Both the position numbers and the translations under genes were made by a program. Below, piece after piece: positions 8,268-16,894 of a DNA stretch of 64,000 nucleotides; positions within the stretch are counted from its first letter, which is position 1, and every line of letters begins with the position of its first letter. The stretch is from the NCBI GenBank assembly GCA_035285865.1, contig JAYKHS010000030.1:121643-185642 (forward strand), read 5' to 3'. The notes under the pieces are model-generated. The model was not told where the DNA came from, ran no database searches, and saw nothing but the letters and a program-made list of their open reading frames with translations. The DNA is from Candidatus Sericytochromatia bacterium. GTDB taxonomy: Bacteria; Cyanobacteriota; Sericytochromatia; S15B-MN24; VGJW01.

Positions 8268-10762
8268 CGCGCGCGATCTCCCGGGTGCGTGGCGAGCCGT
8301 ATGGAGCGTGCCGGTCCCACGCTGGCCAGCACGCCTGCGACGGGAAGTCCGAGCAGCAGGAGCAGCATTCTGCCGGGCTGGGGCGTGAACGGCAGGTGCC
8401 AGCCAAACGCTGCCGGATTGAGCACATCCACGAGCAGGAGGGCGAGACCGAGGCCGAGCCCGACTCCAAGCAGCGTGCCCACCGTCGTGGCCAGCCACGC
8501 CTGGCCGAGCGCATAACGCGCGAGGTCGCCCGCCGAGAAGCCGATCCATCGGTAATGAATCAGCATCTGTCGCTCCTCGGCGAGGGCGCTCGACTGACTC
8601 GAGGAGAGACCCAGCAGGGCCACCACCAGCCCGATGAGTTCGATCGCCCGCGTGAGCGCGAAGGTCTCGTCGAAGATGCGCAGGACCTCGCCGCGCAACT
8701 CCCCGGGTGTCCGACACACGACGGCGTCCGGTTCCGGCAGGCTGGAGAGCAGCGCGCGTCTGACGGCCCGGGCATCCGTGCCCGGCTCCAGCATGATGGC
8801 GAGACTGCGAGGGCGGCCCCACCCCGGGAAGGCACGGGCAAACGTCTCGTGGGCCATGAACACCTGACCCTGATCGCTGGCATAGTCCTGCACCACGCCG
8901 ACCAGCGTCAGGCCCATGCTGCCTGTCGCTGCCGGCAGCTCGAGACGCATGCCCGTGTGCAGGCCGTGGTGCCGCCAGAGGGCCTCGGTGACGAGGACCT
9001 CGTCCCCAGTCCGGGGCATACGCCCCTCGAGCATGGGCAACTCACCCCGCGCAGCACGTGCTGCCAACGGCATTCCGACGAGGACGACGGGGCGTTGATG
9101 CCACTGGGTCCTTACCTCAAGGGTCCGTTCGACCGCCCTGACTCCGCGCAAGCCTGCCACGTGGGCGGCCAGAGCGGGTGAGAGCGTTCCCCCCTCTCGC
9201 GTGCCCTCGCCCTGGCGCGCGCTCAGGAAGAGGTCGGCAGAGAGCGTGCGCTGGGCCCAGTGCGCGACGGATCCCCGGAAGGAGGAGACCATCGTGCCCA
9301 TGCCGAGCACCATGCCCGTGGCAAGGACAATGGCCGAGACGGCCAAGGCGTGCCTTCGCCAGCCCTGGGCCAGGGAGCGGGCGGCGAGCGGCAGGACAAG
9401 CAGCAAAGGCTGCCGACCGGGTGCGCGCAGGCCGTGAAGTGCCCGCAGAAGGACCGGCACGAGGCAAGCGGTGCCTGCGGAGAGTAGGGTTGCGGAGGCG
9501 AGGGCGACCACGTTCGTGAGGGTACGATCCCGACCAGTCGCGACTGCGGCCGAAGCGGTCATGCCGGCGCAGACGAGCAGTCCGAGGCCACCGAGGGTCC
9601 AGCCCACCGGCCACGGTGGGGGCTGTCGCTCGGGTTGGTGTTCCAAGCCCGTCATCGACGGTGCGAGGCTCAGGGCTTTGTAGGCAGGAACTCCTGCGGC
9701 CACGGCACCGAGCAAGGTGGAGCAGCCCAGCGCAAGCAGGATGTCCCCGCCCTCGAGATGACTCCAGGCGGGTCCTGTGCGCCCGTAGAGGGCCGAGACC
9801 GTGCTGCGGATGGCTTGGGTCGTCCCGCTGGCGAGGGCCACCCCGAGCAGCACGCCCAGAGTTCCGCCGACGGCACCGATGATGGCTCCCTCGGCCAAAA
9901 GCACGCTGGCGATGGCGCGCCTCGAGGCGCCAAGCGCATGCAATCGGGCCATCGTGCTTCGTCTGGCGCCGAAAGAGCGACCCAGCAGGTTCAGGTTCAA
10001 GGCGGCACCGAGCAGGACGGAGACGAGGCTCAGCGCAGCCAGGTTGAAGCGGAAGGCCCGAGCCATCTGATCGAGGACGCGTGCGCGGGACCCGGCAGGC
10101 TCCAGCACGAGGCCTCGCGATCGCACACGCGCTGCAAGCGCCTCACCGACGCTGGCCCGCACGAGGACGCGGTCGAGTCGTCCGGGTCGCTCGAGCAGGC
10201 GCTGGGCTTCGGCGATGTCGCAGATGACCCGCGGCTGCGTCGGTCGGTTTCCCAAAGGCAGCAGGCGTCCCGCAATGCGCAGGCGCAACTGGCGGGAGCC
10301 TGCCATCACGGGGACATTCTGGCCGACCGTCCCGGCCCCGGGCCAGAGTACGGCAGCGGGCCCGAACATGTCCGCAGGATCGGCAACACCTCGTACTTCT
10401 CCCCACGCCTCGATCGGTGCCGCAAGGTCGATCCCGGTCAGCATGAGATCCTGTGGATCCGGGCCCATCGTCCGGATTTCCCCTTCGATCAGAGGGATCA
10501 AGGGATCGGTGGCCGGGACGAGCGATTGCAGGTCGACGAGGATACGCTCGTCCAGGTCTCCCGCCGGAGCTCGGATGACGTGGCCCGGCGGGCCTGCCAG
10601 GGTCTCCAGACCCGACATGAAGGCCTGGTGGACCGAGCGGCTGGCGAGGTGAACGGAAAGCGCGACCCCGCTGCCGAGCGCAACGCCAAGCACAGTGACC
10701 ACGAGGCCCCATGGAGCCTTGACCCACCAGCCCGCAGACAGGGCCCGGACTAGTGTCCTCAA
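8264..10762 (-). CDS. ABC transporter permease, FtsX/MacB-like (AttF/G type)
   Basis: Two MacB-like halves; ALGASRR motif; C-terminal NPAAFGW; overlaps both neighbours. Confidence 0.88.
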   Translation of the reverse strand: MRTLVRALSAGWWVKAPWGLVVTVLGVALGSGVALSVHLASRSVHQAFMSGLETLAGPPGHVIRAPAGDLDERILVDLQSLVPATDPLIPLIEGEIRTMGPDPQDLMLTGIDLAAPIEAWGEVRGVADPADMFGPAAVLWPGAGTVGQNVPVMAGSRQLRLRIAGRLLPLGNRPTQPRVICDIAEAQRLLERPGRLDRVLVRASVGEALAARVRSRGLVLEPAGSRARVLDQMARAFRFNLAALSLVSVLLGAALNLNLLGRSFGARRSTMARLHALGASRRAIASVLLAEGAIIGAVGGTLGVLLGVALASGTTQAIRSTVSALYGRTGPAWSHLEGGDILLALGCSTLLGAVAAGVPAYKALSLAPSMTGLEHQPERQPPPWPVGWTLGGLGLLVCAGMTASAAVATGRDRTLTNVVALASATLLSAGTACLVPVLLRALHGLRAPGRQPLLLVLPLAARSLAQGWRRHALAVSAIVLATGMVLGMGTMVSSFRGSVAHWAQRTLSADLFLSARQGEGTREGGTLSPALAAHVAGLRGVRAVERTLEVRTQWHQRPVVLVGMPLAARAARGELPMLEGRMPRTGDEVLVTEALWRHHGLHTGMRLELPAATGSMGLTLVGVVQDYASDQGQVFMAHETFARAFPGWGRPRSLAIMLEPGTDARAVRRALLSSLPEPDAVVCRTPGELRGEVLRIFDETFALTRAIELIGLVVALLGLSSSQSSALAEERQMLIHYRWIGFSAGDLARYALGQAWLATTVGTLLGVGLGLGLALLLVDVLNPAAFGWHLPFTPQPGRMLLLLLGLPVAGVLASVGPARSIRLATHPGDRAR

Positions 10763-11433
10763 GCCTCGAACCGCCCATCCACGAGCAAGAGGCAGCGGTC
10801 GGCCGCAGCCGCCACTTCAGGATCGTGCGTCACCATCAGCACGCCGGTCCCGGAGGTCCGGACGAGCGAGCCGATCAGGGCGAGCATGGCGCGTCCTGTC
10901 TCACGATCGAGATTGCCCGTGGGCTCATCGGCCACGACGAGGGCCGGTGCATGGACGAGGGCGCGCGCCAGCGCCACGCGCTGCTGCTGGCCGCCCGAGA
11001 GGGCAGATGGATGTCGCGCGACGGCATGGCCGAGACCCACGGCCTCGAGCATGGCCACGGCGCGTCGCTCGGCATCGGCGGAGGGCGCGCCCTGGAGGTC
11101 GAGCGGCAGGCGCACGTTCCCGAGGACGTCCAGGGTGGGCAGCAAGTGGAAGGCTTGGTGCAGGTGGCCGAGTCGCTCCCGACGAAGACGCGTCAGGGCA
11201 GCGTCAGAAAGATTTTCGGTCCGAAGGCCGTCGAGGGCGAGCGTCCCTGCGTCGGGACGGTCCGTCAGGGCCACCAGATGGAGCAAGGTGCTCTTGCCGC
11301 TTCCGCTGGGGCCCATGATGGCCACCCATTCTCCCGGTCGGATGCTGAGGTCGATACCGTCCAGTGCCCTGTGTTCAGCTCCTGTGCCCTTGCCGTGGAT
11401 GCGAACGAGTCCACGAGCCTCGACCAGGTTCAC
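10759..11433 (-). CDS. ABC transporter ATP-binding protein (LolD/AttE-like)
   Basis: GPSGSGKST, LSGGQQQR, ADEPTGNLD, VTHD. Confidence 0.95.
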   Translation of the reverse strand: MNLVEARGLVRIHGKGTGAEHRALDGIDLSIRPGEWVAIMGPSGSGKSTLLHLVALTDRPDAGTLALDGLRTENLSDAALTRLRRERLGHLHQAFHLLPTLDVLGNVRLPLDLQGAPSADAERRAVAMLEAVGLGHAVARHPSALSGGQQQRVALARALVHAPALVVADEPTGNLDRETGRAMLALIGSLVRTSGTGVLMVTHDPEVAAAADRCLLLVDGRFEA

Positions 11434-12152
11434 GTATCCTGCCCGGGCAACGGGAGCGTGCGGCGCGCCCGGAGGCGATTCAAGCGCTGCTGGGCATCCT
11501 GCCGGACCTCACGCCACGACTGGCCGTGCAGCGGGTGGTCATGCAACTGGCCGGGATCCGCTGCCAGCCATGTCCCCAAGTCCTCGAACGGGCCTTCAAG
11601 TCCGCTGTCCTGCGTGACATCGAGCAGACCGTCCTTGGTGCCGTCCCACTCCAATTGCAGGCTGCCGTCATGGCCCCAGCCCAGCTGATTCGGACCGCGG
11701 CCCAACGCTTCGCGCACCCGCAGCAGCAGCGGAGCGTCCAGCAGGTAGCTGTCCGTTCGATACCATCGGCCCGCCACCCTGAGCTCCGTGACGGCGTGGA
11801 CAAGATGCGGCCCCGGATACACGAGTCCGGAGAGGAAGGCGGCAGGCAATCTCGTGATGTATTGGCGAGCCTCTTGTCCCGAGGCGCGCCAGAGCGCAGT
11901 CAGGAGGGTGGACTTGCCAAGTCCGTCTGCCACGCCTGCAGTCAGGACCTCGGAGGCCCTGTAGTGGAGCCGTTCTGCAGGAAACCCGAAGGCGATCGCG
12001 TCCCTGACATGCCTGTGACAGGCCGCAGCGGCTTCGGCAGTCGGCTCGGGCACGAGTCGTCGGGCCAATCGTCGGATGGCACCATGGGCACAGTCGACCC
12101 ACGGGGTGGGTACGTCCCACCGGGTCTCCCGCTCTGTGGTTTCGCCCTGCAC
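11430..12152 (-). CDS. Transglutaminase-like domain protein, probably lacking the catalytic Cys
   Basis: HVRDAIAF, ASEVL...KSTLLTALWRASG, H...E...GRW...D pattern. Confidence 0.65.
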   Translation of the reverse strand: MQGETTERETRWDVPTPWVDCAHGAIRRLARRLVPEPTAEAAAACHRHVRDAIAFGFPAERLHYRASEVLTAGVADGLGKSTLLTALWRASGQEARQYITRLPAAFLSGLVYPGPHLVHAVTELRVAGRWYRTDSYLLDAPLLLRVREALGRGPNQLGWGHDGSLQLEWDGTKDGLLDVTQDSGLEGPFEDLGTWLAADPGQLHDHPLHGQSWREVRQDAQQRLNRLRARRTLPLPGQDT

Positions 12153-12242
12153 GTGCTGCCCTGATACCTGACGAACCGGAGATCGCTCCGGGCGATCCGG
12201 AAACCGAGTGCCACCGCGTTGCCCGGGATGCGCCGGACAGGA

Positions 12243-12316
12243 AATATCCGGGAAGTGCTGACAACCTGTCCCGACCCGGCCAGCACTTCCCGGACACCCG
12301 AGCGTTGACCGCTCTG
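12243..12316 (-). ncRNA. Candidate structured small RNA, copy A
   Basis: Hairpin GAGCG/CGCUC, then a ~18-bp stem with a 16-nt loop, directly downstream of a TTGACT-N18-TATTCT promoter. Confidence 0.55.
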
Positions 12317-12321
12317 CAATC

Positions 12322-12351
12322 AGAATAGAGGCATAGACACGAACTAGTCAA
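12322..12351 (-). promoter_or_regulatory. sigma70-type promoter for sRNA copy A
   Basis: Minus strand TTGACT-N18-TATTCT. Confidence 0.6.
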
Positions 12352-12430
12352 TAGCTAGACGAAGGTTGCTCTGTCCTGGCTTTCGCGCCGGTGCACCGCT
12401 CCTCTCTCGTCATCGGGGGGCACCCAAACG

Positions 12431-12505
12431 AATATCCGGGAAGTGCTGACAACCTGTCCCGACCCGGTCAGCGCTTCCCGGACACCCGAGCGGCGTACCG
12501 CTCTG
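12431..12505 (-). ncRNA. Candidate structured small RNA, copy B
   Basis: Same two hairpins and identical 16-nt loop as copy A; own upstream promoter. Confidence 0.55.
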
Positions 12506-12510
12506 AACTC

Positions 12511-12540
12511 AAGGTAGAGCATTGGGCACTAGTTGGTCAA
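12511..12540 (-). promoter_or_regulatory. sigma70-type promoter for sRNA copy B
   Basis: Minus strand TTGACC-N18-TACCTT. Confidence 0.55.
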
Positions 12541-12592
12541 TAGGTAGACGAAATCGATACAATCCGATAGACAGTTCGTTACTCGACTTAAC

Positions 12593-12629
12593 GAAAGAGC
12601 TCCCGGACCAGCGGTCCGAGAGCTCTTTC
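12593..12629 (-). terminator. Hairpin terminator after rpmB
   Basis: Inverted repeat GAAAGAGCTC...GAGCTCTTTC with inner CGGACC/GGTCCG stem, 12 nt past the rpmB stop. Confidence 0.75.
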
Positions 12630-12641
12630 CGACGTCAAGCG

Positions 12642-12884
12642 TCAGCCCTTGAGGAGCGACTCCGAGGCACCGTAGCGCTTCAGAGCGTCACGCAGGCCGT
12701 AGCGGCCGATGGTCTTGATGACCTTGGCCGAGACCCGAAGGCGAACCCAACGGTTCTCGTCCTCGAGGAAGAAACGCTTCCACTGCAGGTTGGGCTCCTG
12801 GCGGCGCTTGGTCTTGACGTGGGAATGACTGACGGCGTTCGCCACATTGGGCTTCTTGCCGGACACCATGCACTTGCGGGCCAC
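12642..12884 (-). CDS. rpmB: 50S ribosomal protein L28
   Basis: MARKCMVSGKK...VSHSH..TKRRQEPNLQ...WVRLRVS. Confidence 0.97.
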   Translation of the reverse strand: MARKCMVSGKKPNVANAVSHSHVKTKRRQEPNLQWKRFFLEDENRWVRLRVSAKVIKTIGRYGLRDALKRYGASESLLKG

Positions 12885-12943
12885 GACCGAATTCTCCAGC
12901 TTTCAGAAAAGGAACAGGGAAGCCACACGCTTCCGACAACCTG

Positions 12944-12976
12944 TGCTAGGATAGATGGACCGGGCCGTTCCGTCAA
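12944..12976. promoter_or_regulatory. Overlapping divergent promoters for rpmB and rpmG-rpsR
   Basis: Minus: TTGACG-N17-TATCCT; plus: extended -10 TGcTAGGAT sharing the same bases. Confidence 0.55.
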
Positions 12977-13050
12977 ATCCCGCGACGCGGGTCCCGGCCC
13001 ATCTGGTCCTTTTCCGGGCGTTCGTAGCCCACTTGTCCAGGAGTCCTTTC

Positions 13051-13212
13051 ATGGCAGCCAGCGGTCACCGCGTGATCATCAAGCTCCGCAGCACGGAGAG
13101 CCCCTACCAGTACACGACCTTCAAGAGCAAGCGGAATGATCCCGACCGCCTCGTGCTCAAGAAGTACGATCCGGTCGTGAAGCGCCACGTCGAATTCAAG
13201 GAGACCAAGTAA
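13051..13212 (+). CDS. rpmG: 50S ribosomal protein L33 (Cys-free form)
   Basis: [49 protein letters not shown] before ATG 13051. Confidence 0.97.
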   Translation: MAASGHRVIIKLRSTESPYQYTTFKSKRNDPDRLVLKKYDPVVKRHVEFKETK

Positions 13213-13454
13213 TGGCGGCCGATAACAAGAAGCGTCAGCGCAAGCGTCGTCGCAAGCCTTGCCCCTTCCTGTCGGGTCAGGTCGACAAGGTCATCGACTA
13301 CAAGGACGTGATGACGCTGCGTCGGTTCGTGTCCGAGGACGGCAAGATTCTCCCTCGGCGGGTGACGGGCGTCAGCGCCAAGTATCAGCGGATCGTGAAC
13401 GTCGCCATCGGTCGGGCGCGCGAGATCGCGCTGCTTCCCTACCAGAAGCGGTAG
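13212..13454 (+). CDS. rpsR: 30S ribosomal protein S18
   Basis: [41 protein letters not shown] overlap. Confidence 0.97.
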   Translation: MAADNKKRQRKRRRKPCPFLSGQVDKVIDYKDVMTLRRFVSEDGKILPRRVTGVSAKYQRIVNVAIGRAREIALLPYQKR

Positions 13455-13470
13455 TCGTCTCCGAACTTCG

Positions 13471-13503
13471 GGCTCCGGGTTGCGCCTGTCGCAATCCGGG
13501 GCC
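13471..13503. terminator. Hairpin between convergent rpsR and kmo
   Basis: GGCTCCGGGTTGCG-CCTGT-CGCAATCCGGGGCC, 14-bp stem with G-U pairs; no strong U tract. Confidence 0.6.
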
Positions 13504-13553
13504 TACGCCTTTGGGGAAGCACTGCAGCCTTGACGCGCGGACTCGCTCCTTGG

Positions 13554-14888
13554 TCAGTGATCATTGCGAGAACTGCCTCGCAGCAGCATCCAGGCGAGGC
13601 CGGCACCGATCCCGATGGCCGCGGATCGGACCAGCCTGTCTTGCCTTTCGGCGCGGGCCTTGGCCTCAGCATAGGGCAGGCGTGTGAAGGTCACCATGTG
13701 GTAGAGCGACATCCACTGGTCCGGGAGCCAGCGCTGCAGCTGCTGATCGAGCGCGTGACGCCACTTGTAGCTGCGCTTCGCGACCGAGTCGCGCATCTCG
13801 ACGAAGTTGCACATGGCGAGTTCGGCAAGCGCATCCGTGTGGGGCTTGCGTCGGGCGGCATAGCGCGACAGGGCCAGACGGCGGTCCTCCGGGGCCATCG
13901 CCAACTCCTCGGCCAGCACCACGACGTCCTCAAAGGACGCATTCATGCCTTGTCCGTAGAAGGGCACCACGGCATGGGCCGCGTCGCCCACCAGCGCCAC
14001 GCAGTCGTCCACGATCCAAGGATCGCACTTCACGAGGACCAGCGACCGGACGGGGTTTTCGCGCCAGGAATCATCGAAGTCGGGCAGCATCGGCAGGGCA
14101 TCGGGAAACCATTCCCGGAAAAACTGCCGGGCATCCGCGACGGACTCCAGGTTGGCGAAGCTCTCGGCGCCTTCGAACGGCAGAAAGAGCGTGCCGGTGA
14201 AACTGCCGTCAGGGTTCGGCAGGCCGATGAGCATGTGGTTGCCACGAGGCCAGATGTGCAGAGCGCCCGGGTCCATGGCGAATGCACCATCAGGCTGGGC
14301 CGGGAATGAAATTTCCTTGTAGCCCCAGTCGATGAACTGCTGCTCGTAATCGAATCTGTCGCGACGCTGCATCTGGCGACGGACAGCGGAGAAGGCCCCG
14401 TCCGTGCCGAACAGCGTCAAAAAGGCTTCCTCGCCCCGCGAACCGTCAGCCTTGGACCACGTGAGTACCTTGCGCTCGGCATCGAACCCGTCGACACCCT
14501 GATCGAAGAGGATCTCCACTTCCGGACAGCGCTCGGCTTCCTCGACGAGCAGCATGTTGAGTTCGGCACGACCGATGGACAGGATCACGTCCTCGGGATG
14601 GATGCCGTAGGGCTGCAACTCGAGCGTCTCATCCTGGCCATGAATCATGCGGCCACGCATCGGCAACGCCTTCTCGAGGACTTTCTCCTCGAGGCCGACG
14701 CAGGCCAGCGCATGTCGGCCACGCGTGGACAGGGCCATGTTGATGGAGCGTCCCGGGGGCTGCGGCACCTTGCGCGGGTCGGGGCGCCGTTCGAGGACAC
14801 GCACTCGATGGCCCCTTCTTCCAAGCGTCAGGGCCAGCAGGGCACCTGCGAGTCCTGCCCCCGCGATGGTGAATTCGGGTATGTTCAT
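13554..14888 (-). CDS. kmo: Kynurenine 3-monooxygenase
   Basis: GAGLAG, GRSINMALSTRG, ALHIWPRG, GDAAHAVVPFYGQGMN, NFVEMRD. Confidence 0.95.
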   Translation of the reverse strand: MNIPEFTIAGAGLAGALLALTLGRRGHRVRVLERRPDPRKVPQPPGRSINMALSTRGRHALACVGLEEKVLEKALPMRGRMIHGQDETLELQPYGIHPEDVILSIGRAELNMLLVEEAERCPEVEILFDQGVDGFDAERKVLTWSKADGSRGEEAFLTLFGTDGAFSAVRRQMQRRDRFDYEQQFIDWGYKEISFPAQPDGAFAMDPGALHIWPRGNHMLIGLPNPDGSFTGTLFLPFEGAESFANLESVADARQFFREWFPDALPMLPDFDDSWRENPVRSLVLVKCDPWIVDDCVALVGDAAHAVVPFYGQGMNASFEDVVVLAEELAMAPEDRRLALSRYAARRKPHTDALAELAMCNFVEMRDSVAKRSYKWRHALDQQLQRWLPDQWMSLYHMVTFTRLPYAEAKARAERQDRLVRSAAIGIGAGLAWMLLRGSSRNDH

Positions 14889-16105
14889 GCCTGTTGCTCC
14901 AGCACGTGAAGGAAGCGGTCGAGGTCTGCCTCGCTATTGTAGAGGGGCGCCGCAGCCAGACGCAGGACATCCGGTGCCCTGAGATCGCAGACGATGCCGG
15001 CGGCCTCCAGTGCCGCGTGGACGGCTCGGGCCCGTTCGCCCAGGGCAAGACAAGTCATGGCCCCGCGGCGATCCGGTGCCTCGGGTGTCAGCAGCCGAAT
15101 CCACGGTCTGTCCAGCCGTGCGAGGCCGCTGCGCAGATGGTTCGTCAGGTCGATGGCCCTCGCGTGCAGGCGTTCGATGCCGACGCTGTCGAAGACACGC
15201 AGCGAGGCGCGCACAGCCACCATCGACAGCACGGGTGCATTGCTCAGTTGCCACCCTTCCACGCCGGGTTGCGGATGGAAAGGCGGCTCCTCGGCGAATC
15301 GCGTCGCCGGATCGTGGCCCCACCAGCCACCGAGACGCGGCAGGTCCGTCCGCCCGTGATGGCGCTCGTGGACGAAGGCTCCGCCTACACTGCCCGGACC
15401 GCTGTTGAGATATTTGTAGCTACACCATACTGCAAAATCTGCATTGCTGTCATGTAGCTTTATTGGCATGTTGCCGGCTGCATGGGCGAGGTCGAATCCG
15501 GCCAGTGCGCCGACGGCGTGGGCTGCACGAGTCAGGGCCTCGAGATCGAAAGCCTCACCCGTCAACCAGTCCACGCCCGGAAGCCACACCAGTGCCAGTC
15601 GTTCGCCCTCGCGGGCGATGGCGTCAAGCAGGTCCTCGGGACGGAAGTGGTTCTCTCCTGGCCTTGGGCGCAGCGGTACCAGATCCTCTGCCGGATCACC
15701 CCCGTGCCAGCGCACCTGGGTTTCCAGAGCGAAACGGTCCGAAGGAAAGGCATGGGCTTCGAAGAGGATCCGTCGCCGTTTGCCCGACGGGCGATGGAAC
15801 GAGGCGAAGAGCAGATGCAGGTTGGCCGTCAGGCTGTTCATCATGATGGCCTCGTGGGGACGGGCACCTACCAGGCGTGAAAGCGGCCCCTGCACGGTCT
15901 CGTGGAAGGCATACCACGGGTCCGGTTGCGAGAAGTGACCCGCGACGCCCTCCCGCGCCCATCGTGCCAGCTCAGCCTCCATGTCCCGCGCCGTGGCGAC
16001 GGGCTGCAATCCGAGCGAGTGTCCGGCGAGGTACGCCTTGGGGCGTCCGGAGGCATCCGCAGGGATGTGGAACTGGCCGGTCGGCAGGATAAGGTGGTCG
16101 GTCAC
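14885..16105 (-). CDS. kynU: Kynureninase
   Basis: SLGLQP, MNSLTANLHL, AFPSD, FDLAHAAGN, WCSYKYLNSGPG, GWWGH. Confidence 0.95.
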   Translation of the reverse strand: MTDHLILPTGQFHIPADASGRPKAYLAGHSLGLQPVATARDMEAELARWAREGVAGHFSQPDPWYAFHETVQGPLSRLVGARPHEAIMMNSLTANLHLLFASFHRPSGKRRRILFEAHAFPSDRFALETQVRWHGGDPAEDLVPLRPRPGENHFRPEDLLDAIAREGERLALVWLPGVDWLTGEAFDLEALTRAAHAVGALAGFDLAHAAGNMPIKLHDSNADFAVWCSYKYLNSGPGSVGGAFVHERHHGRTDLPRLGGWWGHDPATRFAEEPPFHPQPGVEGWQLSNAPVLSMVAVRASLRVFDSVGIERLHARAIDLTNHLRSGLARLDRPWIRLLTPEAPDRRGAMTCLALGERARAVHAALEAAGIVCDLRAPDVLRLAAAPLYNSEADLDRFLHVLEQQA

Positions 16106-16120
16106 GGGGAAGTTTCCGGT

Positions 16121-16894
16121 TCAGGCAGCGGGCGAGACGGGAAGCCAGACGGGGCGGGCAGGGGCGGCATCCCGATCGAAGGGAGCGATCTGGAGATTCA
16201 GCAGGCCGATGCCATCGGGCAGAGCTGCCGGCAACCAGGCCATCTCGGTGATGGTGTGCGCGCTTCCGCCTGTCGGGCGTTCTCCCGCTCCCAGACCCCA
16301 GAAGGCCCTGTGGGCCGCCAGCGCTCCGCCATCCCATTCCGGTTCGAGTGAGGGCAGATCGGTCACGACATGGCGACATCCCTGTTCCCGCAGCCAGCCG
16401 GCTGCCTCGGCCGTGATGAATCGTCTCGCCAGGCCAGACCAGTCTCGGGGGCCGTCCATCGGCGGAGCCAGTCGGATGACGACGGCCTCGCGCCAGGACG
16501 CGGGCCACGGCTCAAGTGCCCGCCGCAGCACCTCGGCCGTGAGCGGGGCCGTGGCGTCGTCGAAGGTCGGACTGACCAGGGTTGCTGGCACAAGCACGTC
16601 CACGAGGTCTCGGTGAACCGGCAGTGGGCGGTCCGCCAGATGCCCGATGCCTTCCGTGTGCGTGCCGTGCGCATGAGGAATGAGCGTGAGGACTTCGCAA
16701 CGGCAGGAGCCGCCCTCTGCAGGTTCGCCCGTGAAGCTACCGGCACGCACCGTCTCCACCGTGGCTCTGGGCAAACCGAAGGCGCCGGCTTGCCGTCCGG
16801 CGAAATCGAGGCCGTAGGCCAACACCCGTGCGCTATCAAGCCTGACGGAGCAGACCGTTCCTGCGACCTCAGCCCGGAGTGTCAGGCCTGTCAC
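16121..16894 (-). CDS. Cyclase-family protein, probable kynurenine formamidase (KynB-like)
   Basis: HAHGTHTE, DLPS, AHRAFW, ITE, DAAP metal-hydrolase motifs; pathway context. Confidence 0.75.
   Translation of the reverse strand: MTGLTLRAEVAGTVCSVRLDSARVLAYGLDFAGRQAGAFGLPRATVETVRAGSFTGEPAEGGSCRCEVLTLIPHAHGTHTEGIGHLADRPLPVHRDLVDVLVPATLVSPTFDDATAPLTAEVLRRALEPWPASWREAVVIRLAPPMDGPRDWSGLARRFITAEAAGWLREQGCRHVVTDLPSLEPEWDGGALAAHRAFWGLGAGERPTGGSAHTITEMAWLPAALPDGIGLLNLQIAPFDRDAAPARPVWLPVSPAA

Larger units (their letters stand above)
12243..12363. repeat. Direct repeat copy A (~120 nt)
   Basis: Near-identical to 12431-12552 (offset 188 nt); core AATATCCGGGAAGTGCTGACAACCTGTCCCGACCCGG is identical. Confidence 0.95.
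12431..12552. repeat. Direct repeat copy B (~120 nt)
   Basis: Second copy of the 12243-12363 unit. Confidence 0.95.

Noticed and set aside
7218..8822. Extended N-termini in the ORF track (AttH, also ACMSD, hydratases, GSII, rpmG, dctM)
   Set aside because: Extensions overlap upstream genes; starts were reset to stop/start overlaps or SD-supported codons
12150..12430. SRP RNA, hammerhead ribozyme or c-di-GMP/glycine riboswitch
   Set aside because: Only fragments (GTCAGG...GCAGC, CGAAAG) are present; the required core motifs are missing
12243..12552. CRISPR array or terminal repeats of a mobile element
   Set aside because: Only two units, about 120 nt long, with no cas or transposase genes; the pattern fits promoter plus RNA better
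12522..13139. 205-aa plus-strand ORF
   Set aside because: Shadow ORF overlapping rpmB, the promoters and rpmG
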